Assembly (NCBI GenBank): GCA_903860135.1
Contig: CAIOPG010000008.1
Coordinates: forward strand, 127 to 64,126
DNA length: 64,000 nt
Source of the DNA: Candidatus Omnitrophota bacterium
Lineage (GTDB): Bacteria > Omnitrophota > Gorgyraeia > Zapsychrales > Fredricksoniimonadaceae
Direction of reading: 5' to 3'
The position numbers and the translations under genes are program-made. This document shows, piece after piece, positions 18,980-27,281 of this stretch. Under the pieces are notes generated by a model. That model saw only the letters and a list, made by a program, of their open reading frames with translations. It was not told the DNA's origin and made no database searches. Positions within the stretch are counted from its first letter, which is position 1; every line of letters starts with the position of its first letter.

Positions 18980-19224
18980 ACTTTCGCCAAAGCTGAACGC
19001 ACTGTAACGCCTTCAATGGCGCCCAGCTTGCCCGTCAGGGCACCGAGCTGGTCGGTCGTCATATCCACGGTGAGCGTGATCACACTGCAATGCCGTTCTT
19101 TATACGGAAGCCCGACACGCGCCACAATTTCCTCGCCATAATCTGACAAAACCTTATTCACCGACGGCGCCGCCTTCAAACGGTTTTCAATGATGATGCC
19201 TACAAAGCCGATACGTTTACCCAT
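18976..19224 (-). CDS. TM1266-like small ACT-domain protein ('iron-only hydrogenase system regulator')
   Basis: ~82 aa from MGKRIGFVGIII. It is the first gene of the maturase operon, the position occupied by TM1266-family proteins. The track's N-terminal extension (MGGVRGGVE) translates a GC hairpin and is unlikely to be real. Confidence 0.65.
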   Translation of the reverse strand: MGKRIGFVGIIIENRLKAAPSVNKVLSDYGEEIVARVGLPYKERHCSVITLTVDMTTDQLGALTGKLGAIEGVTVRSALAKV

Positions 19225-19242
19225 TTCCACCCCTCCCCTAAC

Positions 19243-19269
19243 CCCTCCCACGCTGACGCGGGGAGGGGA
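19243..19269. repeat. GC-rich hairpin element CCCCTCCCACGCTGACGCGGGGAGGGG (5' UTR of the maturase operon); second copy of a recurrent motif
   Basis: Inverted repeat CCCCTCCC / GGGAGGGG with an inner CGC/GCG stem. Near-identical core to 26396-26422. Confidence 0.4.
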
Positions 19270-19295
19270 ACTTTTATAAGATCACCCATATTAAG

Positions 19296-19342
19296 AATAC
19301 AAAATAAAAATCCCGGCTCCTGCGCTGGCAAGGAACCGGGAT
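19296..19342 (-). terminator. Rho-independent terminator ending the hndABCD operon
   Basis: On the minus strand: 10-bp GC stem CCCGGUUCCU/AGGAGCCGGG with a 9-nt loop, followed by AUUUUUAUUUUGUAUUC. Confidence 0.6.
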
Positions 19343-19432
19343 CATTAAAACGATGATTGTCCGATCCCTTGGATTCAAGCTGAACATTTCAGCTCTGACC
19401 GCAGGTGATGATCAATTATAACACAAACGTAC

Positions 19433-19453
19433 GGAACGGTTTGAAACCGTTCC
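19433..19453 (-). terminator. Perfect 9-bp stem-loop (GGAACGGTT-TGA-AACCGTTCC) overlapping the hndD stop; possible attenuator or first terminator
   Basis: Palindrome read directly from the sequence; it is followed by a weak U-tract on the minus strand. Confidence 0.35.
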
Positions 19454-21217
19454 CTACTTGATATACAAAGGGCGAGACTTGTACTTTGTATGCAACAGCT
19501 TGTGCGACGTGTGCGACAGCGGCTTCTCCAGAAAATCCTTGTACAGCTTCTGGACATGCACATTCTCATGCGAACAACGGTGCTTGAGCCCGGCATCCTC
19601 ATCGTAAAGCCCCTTGGCGCGCTGGCAACGGATCTCGTCGGTCACCATATACGGCTGACCGCCGCCACCCACACACCCACCGGGACACGCCATGACCTCG
19701 ATGAAATGATACGGCAGGGGCTGATTGTTCTTGCGCGCCTCACGGACTTTCTCCATAACCATCTTGACATTCTTCAAGCCATGCGCCACCGCGATCCTGA
19801 CATCCGTACCCTTAACATTGACAGTGGTTTCCTTGACACCCTTTAAGCCGCGCACCGCGGTAAAGTTCACGTCTTTCAAGTTCTCGCCGGTGATCGCAAA
19901 ATACGCTGTGCGCAGGGCCGCTTCCATGACGCCGCCTGTGGCGCCAAAAATAGTGCCGGCACCGCCGTACTCGCCGAGCATCTGATCCGCTTCCTCGTCG
20001 GGCAGGTCCTTGAAGTCAACCCCCGCCTGCTTGATCATGCGGATCAGCTCGCGGGTCGTCAGCGACACATCCACATCCTGAAAACCTGAAGAAGACATAT
20101 CCTCATTGCGATTGATCTCATGTTTCTTGGCCGTGCAGGGCATGATCGAAATGACCTTGATCTTCGCCGGATCGAGCTTCTGCTGTGCGGCATAATACGT
20201 CTTGGTCAGCGCGCCGACCATTTCGTGCGGGCTCTTGGCCGTCGAGAAAAGATCAAGCATATCCCCGTGATACTTCTCAAGGTAATCGACCCAGGCCGGG
20301 CAGCAACTGGTGATCAGCGGCAACGGCCCCTTGTTGTGCAGGAGGCGCTCCACAAATTCGGTGCCCTCTTCCATGATGGTCAGATCAGCGCCGAAATTGG
20401 TATCAAACACCGTCTTAAAACCCAGGCGCCTGAGCAAAGCGTAAAGTTTCTTGGTCAGGTTGGTGCCCACCGGATACCCGAACCCCTCACCGACCGCCAC
20501 GCGCACCGCTGGCGCGATCTGGACCACGCAATGATTATCCTGGTTCTGCAGAAGCTCCCAGACTTTTTGTGTCTCGTCATTCTCGAAAATAGCACCCGTC
20601 GGGCAATGCGCCGAGCATTGGCCGCAACCCACACACGGGGATTCCGCCAGCTGGATATCGCCTGCCGGAGAAATACGCGTCTTAAACCCCCTGTCAATGA
20701 ACGACAGCGCCCAGACATCCTGCATATTCTGGCACACATCGATACAGCGCCCGCACTTGATGCATTTCTTGGGCTCCAGAATGATCGTGCCCGTAGACTT
20801 GTCCACCGGGATATTCGGCAGTGTCCGTTCAAAGCGGTCGTCACGGATACCGAAATCCGCGCAGATCTTCTGCAGTTCGCAATTATTGTTGCGCCCGCAC
20901 ACCAGGCAATCGGTCGGATGATTGGACAGGATCAGCTCAAGCACCGTGCGGCGGGTCTGCACGATCTCAGGGTCCTGGGTCAGGATATCCATGCCGTTCT
21001 CGATGGGCGTACAGCAGGCGCGCAGCATCTTGCGGTTTCCTTTAGCCTTAACAATACAAATACCGCAGCCGGCCGACGGCGCAAGGTCCGCGTGCTTGCA
21101 CAGCGTCGGGATATTGACCTGCACCTTGCGGGCCGCTTCAAGGATCGTCGCGCCCTGGTCGATCTCGACCGGGATCCCGTTAATGACCGCTTTGACTTTC
21201 GTGGTGACCATGGACAT
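19454..21217 (-). CDS. hndD: [FeFe]-hydrogenase catalytic subunit of a tetrameric Hnd-type NAD(P)-linked hydrogenase
   Basis: 587 aa. Has an N-terminal 2Fe-2S, 4Fe-4S ferredoxin motifs, and H-cluster motifs TSCCPAW / MPCTAKKHE / MACPGGCVGGGGQP. Confidence 0.9.
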   Translation of the reverse strand: MSMVTTKVKAVINGIPVEIDQGATILEAARKVQVNIPTLCKHADLAPSAGCGICIVKAKGNRKMLRACCTPIENGMDILTQDPEIVQTRRTVLELILSNHPTDCLVCGRNNNCELQKICADFGIRDDRFERTLPNIPVDKSTGTIILEPKKCIKCGRCIDVCQNMQDVWALSFIDRGFKTRISPAGDIQLAESPCVGCGQCSAHCPTGAIFENDETQKVWELLQNQDNHCVVQIAPAVRVAVGEGFGYPVGTNLTKKLYALLRRLGFKTVFDTNFGADLTIMEEGTEFVERLLHNKGPLPLITSCCPAWVDYLEKYHGDMLDLFSTAKSPHEMVGALTKTYYAAQQKLDPAKIKVISIMPCTAKKHEINRNEDMSSSGFQDVDVSLTTRELIRMIKQAGVDFKDLPDEEADQMLGEYGGAGTIFGATGGVMEAALRTAYFAITGENLKDVNFTAVRGLKGVKETTVNVKGTDVRIAVAHGLKNVKMVMEKVREARKNNQPLPYHFIEVMACPGGCVGGGGQPYMVTDEIRCQRAKGLYDEDAGLKHRCSHENVHVQKLYKDFLEKPLSHTSHKLLHTKYKSRPLYIK

Positions 21218-21252
21218 GGAATAACTCCTTTTAACCCGTAGTAATGCTTATA

Positions 21253-22992
21253 TCACTGGCGGATAACCGCGCCGAATTTACACACGTCATAACAGTTGCC
21301 GCACCCGATGCACTTTTCCATATCTATGGTGTACTTGCTCTGACGATCGCCGCTGATGGCCGTCACCGGGCAATTACGGGCGCACAGGCCGCAAGCCGTG
21401 CAACGCTCCTTGTTGATGCTGTAAGACACCAGGCTCGCGCATTTGCCTGAAGGGCAGCGCTTGTCCATGATGTGCGCCTTATATTCAGCCTCAAAATATT
21501 TCATGGTCGAAAGAACCGGATTGGCCGCTGTCTGCCCCAGCCCGCACAAGGATGCCTTCTGCATCGCCTGGGCGATCTGGTTGAGCTTGACCAGGTCTTC
21601 GGCCTCACCTTTGCCCTCGGAGATCTTCTTCAAGATCGACAGCATCTGCGTGCCGCCGATACGGCAGGGCGCGCATTTGCCGCAGGACTCATCGACGCAA
21701 AAACCAAGGTAAAATTTGGAGATGTCCACCACGCAATCATTCTCGTCGAGCACGATCATCCCGCCCGACCCCATGATCGACCCCAGCTTCTGGAGCGTTT
21801 CATAGCCCACCGGCGTGTCAAAATGATCTTCCGGAATAACGCCGCCCGACGGGCCGCCGGTCTGGATGGCCTTGATGGCTTTGTTGTTGAACACGCCGCC
21901 GCCAACCTCAAACACGATCTCGCGCAGGGTGATGCCCATGGGCACTTCCACCAGCCCGGAATTCTTGACCTTGCCGGTCAGGGCGAAAACCTTGGTGCCC
22001 GTCGAACCTTCAATGCCGATCCGTCCAAAAGCTTCGCCGCCTTTAAGAAAGATATACGGCACATTGGCGAGGGTCTCGACATTGTTGATGACCGTCGGCT
22101 TGCCCCAGAGCCCCTTGACCGACGGGAACGGCGGCCGCGGCCGTGGATAACCACGCAGGCCTTCGATCGAGGCAATGAGCGCGGTCTCTTCCCCGCACAC
22201 AAAAGCGCCTGCCCCCAAACGGATCTCAATATCAAAATCAAAGCCGAACCCGAAAATATTCTTGCCCACAATGCCCTTCTGGCGGCACACATCGATCGCT
22301 TTCTGGATGCGCTCGACCGCCAGCGGATACTCGGCACGGATATAAAAAATACCCTGGCTGGCACCGGTGGCCAGGCCGCCGATCATCATGCCCTCGATGA
22401 CAGAATGCGGGTCGCCTTCAAGGACAGAACGATCCATGTACGCACCAGGATCGCCCTCATCGCCGTTGCAAATGATATATTTCACATCACCTTTGACGCC
22501 ACGGGTGATATTCCACTTCATCCAGGTCGGGAAACCCGCGCCGCCACGCCCGCGCAGGCCAGATTTCTTCATTTCTTCAATGACCTTTTCCGGCCCCATG
22601 GCCAGTGCCGCGGTCAGCCCTTCATACCCGTCCTGGGCAATGTAATCCTCGATCGATTCAGGGTCAATGATGCCGCAATTGCGCAAGACAACACGCATCT
22701 GGCGATTCTTCTTATCCAGGGCCAGCGCCACCACCTTCTCGCCGCCGACAACCGTCTTTTCGACGATCAGGGGGATATCGCTGTTCTTAAGACCAGCATA
22801 CACAAACCCTTCGGGCAGGACCTTGGCCACAATGCCCTTGTTGTAAATACCGATATCCGCCACCAGCACCGCCTGGGCTTTCTCGGCGAGGCCGTTGTCT
22901 CGCAGATGGCTGTTGATGGCCACGTAAAAATCACGCATTTCCTTTTTAAGGGTGCCGCTGGTGTCTTGAAGGAGGATCCGTTTCATACCCAA
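21253..22992 (-). CDS. hndC: NuoF-like flavoprotein subunit of the tetrameric hydrogenase
   Basis: 579 aa. Has the NuoF core (GLRGRGGAGFPTWMKW, SLCGLG) and C-terminal 2x[4Fe-4S] (CTACGLCARNCP, CIGCGNCYDVC). Confidence 0.9.
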   Translation of the reverse strand: MGMKRILLQDTSGTLKKEMRDFYVAINSHLRDNGLAEKAQAVLVADIGIYNKGIVAKVLPEGFVYAGLKNSDIPLIVEKTVVGGEKVVALALDKKNRQMRVVLRNCGIIDPESIEDYIAQDGYEGLTAALAMGPEKVIEEMKKSGLRGRGGAGFPTWMKWNITRGVKGDVKYIICNGDEGDPGAYMDRSVLEGDPHSVIEGMMIGGLATGASQGIFYIRAEYPLAVERIQKAIDVCRQKGIVGKNIFGFGFDFDIEIRLGAGAFVCGEETALIASIEGLRGYPRPRPPFPSVKGLWGKPTVINNVETLANVPYIFLKGGEAFGRIGIEGSTGTKVFALTGKVKNSGLVEVPMGITLREIVFEVGGGVFNNKAIKAIQTGGPSGGVIPEDHFDTPVGYETLQKLGSIMGSGGMIVLDENDCVVDISKFYLGFCVDESCGKCAPCRIGGTQMLSILKKISEGKGEAEDLVKLNQIAQAMQKASLCGLGQTAANPVLSTMKYFEAEYKAHIMDKRCPSGKCASLVSYSINKERCTACGLCARNCPVTAISGDRQSKYTIDMEKCIGCGNCYDVCKFGAVIRQ

Positions 22993-23010
22993 AGTCCTGT
23001 CGGTTAAAGG

Positions 23011-23352
23011 TTATAGCTCGTAAATATGATTTTCGACCAGTTTCTTCTGGCAGACATGTTCATCCATGATGCGGTGCGCGACGTCCTTGTTGACCTTGCC
23101 GTAAAAAACCCGCGGCACGCCTTCGATATTGACCTCGACCAGCGGTTCCGCCGAGCAAAGGCCGACACAGCCGCATTTCTTGACCACGATATCCATATTG
23201 CGCGCCTTGATCTCTTCAACCAGCACCTCGAACACTTCCCTGGCGCCAGCAGCCACACCGCAGGTGCTGTACCCGACACGGATCCAGTTCTTGGGCGACT
23301 TGGCCCAGACCGCCGCTTTCAATGTATTCAATTCATCTCTCGTAATGGCCAT
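23011..23352 (-). CDS. hndB: Small thioredoxin-like [2Fe-2S] ferredoxin subunit of the tetrameric hydrogenase
   Basis: 113 aa with a cysteine pattern (STCGVAAG...KKCGCVGLC) like HndB/HydD. It sits between the NuoE-like and NuoF-like genes, as in Desulfovibrio hndABCD and Thermoanaerobacter hydCDBA. Confidence 0.7.
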   Translation of the reverse strand: MAITRDELNTLKAAVWAKSPKNWIRVGYSTCGVAAGAREVFEVLVEEIKARNMDIVVKKCGCVGLCSAEPLVEVNIEGVPRVFYGKVNKDVAHRIMDEHVCQKKLVENHIYEL

Positions 23353-23373
23353 AAGGCGTCCTCCTTCGTCGCT

Positions 23374-23853
23374 CTAAACGTTTTTGGAATGCTCGGCGAT
23401 GATCCCCACCACGTCGCTGCGCTTGACCGCGCTATAAACCTTGTCATCGACCGTGATGACCGGCGCCAGCCCGCAACAACCCAGGCAACGCACGATCTGC
23501 AAATGAAAAAGGCCATCCTTGGTAGTTTGGCCTTCGTCGACGTGCAGGATATGGCGGACCTCCTCGATCAGGGCCGCCGCGCCTTTGAGATAACAGGCGG
23601 TACCCAGGCACACGGAAATATTGAATTTCCCCGGTGCCTTGAGCTTGAAATAATTATAAAAGGTAAGCACTTCATAAATACGGGCCAGCGGCATATCCGC
23701 CTGGTGCGATACTTCAAGCGCCGCTTCACGCGGGACATACCCGTAACGGTCCTGGATATCATGGAGGATCATGATCAGGTTGCCCTCCTTGCCCTTCCAG
23801 CGCGCGACAACAGCCTTAACATCCTCGTTGAGCGTCTCTGCCACCATAACCAA
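23374..23853 (-). CDS. hndA: NuoE-like [2Fe-2S] subunit of the tetrameric hydrogenase
   Basis: 159 aa with the NuoE signature (CLGTACYLKG...CLGCCGLAPV). Confidence 0.85.
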   Translation of the reverse strand: MVMVAETLNEDVKAVVARWKGKEGNLIMILHDIQDRYGYVPREAALEVSHQADMPLARIYEVLTFYNYFKLKAPGKFNISVCLGTACYLKGAAALIEEVRHILHVDEGQTTKDGLFHLQIVRCLGCCGLAPVITVDDKVYSAVKRSDVVGIIAEHSKNV

Positions 23854-23941
23854 CTCCTTGTCAGGTTTTCGGAATAGACCCCGTGCGCCGCATCACGTTT
23901 GATCCATATAGGATCGCAACGCGTGTGTAAATGATGTGTAG

Positions 23942-23970
23942 ATTATAAGAAGAAGGGACAGATCACGCAA
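23942..23970 (-). promoter_or_regulatory. Sigma70-like promoter of hndABCD (TTGCGT-N17-TATAAT on the minus strand)
   Basis: rc of 23965-23970 is TTGCGT and rc of 23942-23947 is TATAAT, with a 17-nt spacer. It lies ~90 nt upstream of the hndA start. Confidence 0.4.
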
Positions 23971-23982
23971 GATAATATTCAG

Positions 23983-24023
23983 GTGAAATTATCACGACGG
24001 AGAATCGAGAATTTTTCTCGATT
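23983..24023. promoter_or_regulatory. Palindromic sites upstream of the hndABCD promoter: GTGA-N5-TCAC (23983-23995) and AATCGAGAA-TTT-TTCTCGATT (24003-24023)
   Basis: The 21-bp palindrome shares the TTCTCGATT core with the sites flanking the rex promoter. It lies only ~10 nt past the stop of the 1031-aa gene, so it could alternatively be a weak terminator hairpin. Confidence 0.3.
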
Positions 24024-24032
24024 AGATACCCC

Positions 24033-27000
24033 TTATGACGCCAGGGGTTTTGCCACGCTGTCAGCCCCCAGCCCCAATAACGGCAACGGGCTGGAGATTG
24101 GGGTGATGTTAAGGATGACCGGCACGACCCCGCTGAAATCGCCGCGTTCGAACTGCGCGACCATGGCCGGGTCAAGCGCCATCTCGACCCCCCGCCCCTC
24201 ACGCGCCACATCGAGCGAAAGGTTGTTGCTGTTGATGTCAATACCACCGTCAACGACCGTTGCATTGTCAAATGCAGAACGCATCCTGATCTTTGTGTGA
24301 TCTTGGGGATCTTTTTCCGTAACATAGATAAGCTCAGCCGCTACAACAGGATTAATCTTTTGATTAAAATGTGACCCTGCATCTTCATCCTTGTAAAACA
24401 AGCCCATCGTTAAACCGATGTTCCAAAAACCCGTTATAGTGGAGTCCATGACAACCTCCGACAGAGACTTAGTACCCTCCAACGACACTTCCCTGAGCTT
24501 AGCCAACAGATCAGAATTCTCCTTGATCTTTCCTTTTAACTTTTTAGCAAAGGCGACTAGGTCCTCCCTGTCCTTTTTCGCTTGCTTAAAGATCTGCGAC
24601 ACCCAGTTGGCCGAAACATAGATCGATGAACCTGGTGCATCACTTTGTTTCGATTTAAGCAGGTCTCCATTCGCCCTAACAACAAGCTCCGGATAGAGCC
24701 TCTTTAAAAGCTGACTATATGGCTCCACGGTTGTTTTGTCCTTTACAGCAAACCACCGAGTGGCCGCCGCATTCACAACCCCCAGCACCATTGCTTCTTG
24801 ATTGGGCCCGCCCAGAACATCCTGTAACTCAACGATCAGTAGTTCTTTATCAAGCTCTTTCCCGCCTGCCACCGCCGCCTGCCATCGCGCAAGTAAAGCT
24901 TCAACCTGCGGCGTCGCCTGACCATCATCAACAACACCAGGTGTTGTCGCCGCCGCGTCAACGGGGGCAAAGATGACCCGAGCTTCCTGACCGTCTATTT
25001 TAAGAGGATATTCTACAATAAACTGAATTTTTTGCGGATCCATTAGCTTGATCCGATCCACATAATGAGAAACAGCCCTCCTTATCTGATGAGTAACCTT
25101 TCCATTCTTTTTAATAACCTCAAGAATTGTCTTTTCAAAACTTATTTTTTTTCTCATGACTTGACTCAATCTAGCTAATCGAGATTGTTTATTCCGTCCA
25201 AATTCATGGGGATAATTCACCTCAAGAATACGGAAGATTTGCTCTGGGGTCCACTTATATTCCATACTCAAACCAGGAGGCAATTGAAAACCATTGCCCG
25301 TAGATATTTTATGTATCAACCACTTTTGAAAGGTATCATTATTCAATAAATCTCTGAACGCATTTCCCGCATCAGTATAAGACGAAATCTCAAAATCATC
25401 TCCTATCTCCCCCAATAAATGCTTCAAAGAATCCTCTTCCTTCGAGAATGCTGCCCTTATCAAGGCATCAATATTCGGCGAAGACTTTTCTCTCCGCAGT
25501 AATACCTGATCGGACGACTGCAGATTTAGATAGATATCTTTTAAATCAACCTCTACGACAGTTCCCTTGATCTGAAATTCAGGCTTGATCTGTACTTTTA
25601 ATTCTTCTCCTGAAGGATATCCTATTATATGATCCACCAGCATTGCCATACCCGGGTTGAGCTCTCCCTGCTCGCTGGATAAACCAATCCTCATAGCAAC
25701 ACCGAAAAGCGACCGGCCTGCCTGCGTTGTGCCGTTATTTAGGCTACCAATCCTCTTTAATAACGCAAGTGCCTCAGGATCATCTGCCAGCTTTTGTTGC
25801 GTTATCATCTGAGCAACGCGGACGCTGTACCACTGAAGCACGTCCGCAGGCCAGTTTTGCCAGGGAACATTGGCATACCGTTCTATTTTGTGCTGGATTT
25901 CTACCGCTTCCGGAGAGATTATTTCTTGCGTCGCCGCGTCTGTCACATGAACAACCATCGCAACCACTGCCTGCTTGCCGCTCGACGGAACAGGCGTCTC
26001 TGCGGCATGATCCACGGTCATCGCATTCTCAATGCCCGGTGGTATCTGAAGCCCTCCCGAAAAATACTTGCGCGCGATGGTTTCGCCCGAGGCTTGCGGT
26101 TCTTCCTTGATGTAATTGAATACGCCCTTGCGGTAGGCGGCGAGGTATTGGGCGTAGATCTTTTCCTTGACGGCAGGGTCGTCGCTTGTGACGCCGTTGA
26201 TCTTGGACTTGTTGGTATAAACCTGGTTCAACAGGGCATCTTTCAAGGCGCGCTTGTACCAGGTGGACAGGATCATGGCGTAGAAGATCTGGCGGAGCTG
26301 GGTGAAATTCTGACCTTCGTTCACTTCCTGCTCGATCTGGGGGATGATGACCTCGCGCATGACTTGTTTGGCGAGCTCTTGCGCCCCCCGCCCATTCCCT
26401 CCCCACGCTGAAGCGGGGGTGGGTGTTATAACGGGATCACCGGTTACAGTCTGTGTTACCTGTGCAGCCATATAATCGGACTCCAGCATGACTTTTAAAT
26501 GGGCGTCGGTAATGTAGGCGGTGTTGTGGCGTTCGAGGACCTTGGCTTTATCGGCGGTGATCCAGACTTTGTTGAAGGTATCGACCGGGATATCGATCGT
26601 GCCGAATTGCGCCCGGGCTTTCGCGTAGATCCTGGCCCAGAACTCCTTGCCCAGCCCTTTCTCGGGATACACCAAGGACGCGGTCAACTGCTTGAGGATA
26701 TAATCCTGCGCCAGCATGTCGCGGCCGAGCTCGGTCTTGCCAAGGTCGTCGGGAATGATACGGTCCTTCTCATACGGACTCAGGTTCACCCACTGATCGT
26801 CAGCCTTGACCGTAAGAGAAGCGAGGAAATACTTGATGAGCTTTTCGGATTCCGCTTGAAACGGCGCGCCTTCGACCGCCAGCTTAGAATCACCGGCATC
26901 GATGATGAAATCAAACAACAGTGGGTTCTCCGGATGGACTTTTAGCCCGCGCGCGATCACCGGTGTATACGCCGGACTTACCGTCACCATGCTACCCGGT

Positions 27001-27128
27001 GCCGGCAGGCTAAGCACCTGCGCCAAGGCACGCGGCGGAGTCACCAGCGACAATACAAAACTCGCCAGGACAAAGCCGGCAATAAGCCGGAAAGAAACAC
27101 TCTTACGCGAAGCAACGTGACACATCAT
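24033..27128 (-). CDS. Large (1031 aa) secreted hypothetical protein with an N-terminal Sec signal peptide
   Basis: The signal-like N-terminus (hydrophobic core FRLIAGFVLASFVLSLV, then ...ALAQV) supports secretion. No domain recognised. The N-terminal-coding half (~25700-27128) is GC-rich and the C-terminal-coding half (~24033-25700) is AT-rich. An A8 homopolymer sits at 25145-25152. Confidence 0.55.
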   Translation of the reverse strand: MMCHVASRKSVSFRLIAGFVLASFVLSLVTPPRALAQVLSLPAPGSMVTVSPAYTPVIARGLKVHPENPLLFDFIIDAGDSKLAVEGAPFQAESEKLIKYFLASLTVKADDQWVNLSPYEKDRIIPDDLGKTELGRDMLAQDYILKQLTASLVYPEKGLGKEFWARIYAKARAQFGTIDIPVDTFNKVWITADKAKVLERHNTAYITDAHLKVMLESDYMAAQVTQTVTGDPVITPTPASAWGGNGRGAQELAKQVMREVIIPQIEQEVNEGQNFTQLRQIFYAMILSTWYKRALKDALLNQVYTNKSKINGVTSDDPAVKEKIYAQYLAAYRKGVFNYIKEEPQASGETIARKYFSGGLQIPPGIENAMTVDHAAETPVPSSGKQAVVAMVVHVTDAATQEIISPEAVEIQHKIERYANVPWQNWPADVLQWYSVRVAQMITQQKLADDPEALALLKRIGSLNNGTTQAGRSLFGVAMRIGLSSEQGELNPGMAMLVDHIIGYPSGEELKVQIKPEFQIKGTVVEVDLKDIYLNLQSSDQVLLRREKSSPNIDALIRAAFSKEEDSLKHLLGEIGDDFEISSYTDAGNAFRDLLNNDTFQKWLIHKISTGNGFQLPPGLSMEYKWTPEQIFRILEVNYPHEFGRNKQSRLARLSQVMRKKISFEKTILEVIKKNGKVTHQIRRAVSHYVDRIKLMDPQKIQFIVEYPLKIDGQEARVIFAPVDAAATTPGVVDDGQATPQVEALLARWQAAVAGGKELDKELLIVELQDVLGGPNQEAMVLGVVNAAATRWFAVKDKTTVEPYSQLLKRLYPELVVRANGDLLKSKQSDAPGSSIYVSANWVSQIFKQAKKDREDLVAFAKKLKGKIKENSDLLAKLREVSLEGTKSLSEVVMDSTITGFWNIGLTMGLFYKDEDAGSHFNQKINPVVAAELIYVTEKDPQDHTKIRMRSAFDNATVVDGGIDINSNNLSLDVAREGRGVEMALDPAMVAQFERGDFSGVVPVILNITPISSPLPLLGLGADSVAKPLAS
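26396..26422. repeat. Third copy of the GC hairpin motif (CCCTCCCCACGCTGAAGCGGGGGTGGG), embedded in-frame in the 1031-aa CDS
   Basis: The core CACGCTGA[A/C]GCGGGG is identical to the copy at 19243-19269. It encodes ...ASAWGGNG... in the protein. Confidence 0.35.
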
Positions 27129-27281
27129 ATGCTACATCCTTCTTCCGTCTAAATATTCTGTATTTTCTTGAGAAGACAAATCCAATATTAGAAATATAAC
27201 ATAAATCGAAGGCGATATACAAGTTGTGGGAAAGATTGTCTGGAAAAGCTATGTTATGGCTTATGACGAAGCGGTGTGACT

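Noticed and set aside
18976-19251. N-terminal extension MGGVRGGVE of the TM1266-like ORF
   Set aside because: It translates the GC-rich hairpin element. The family-typical start MGKRIGFVGIII lies 9 codons downstream.
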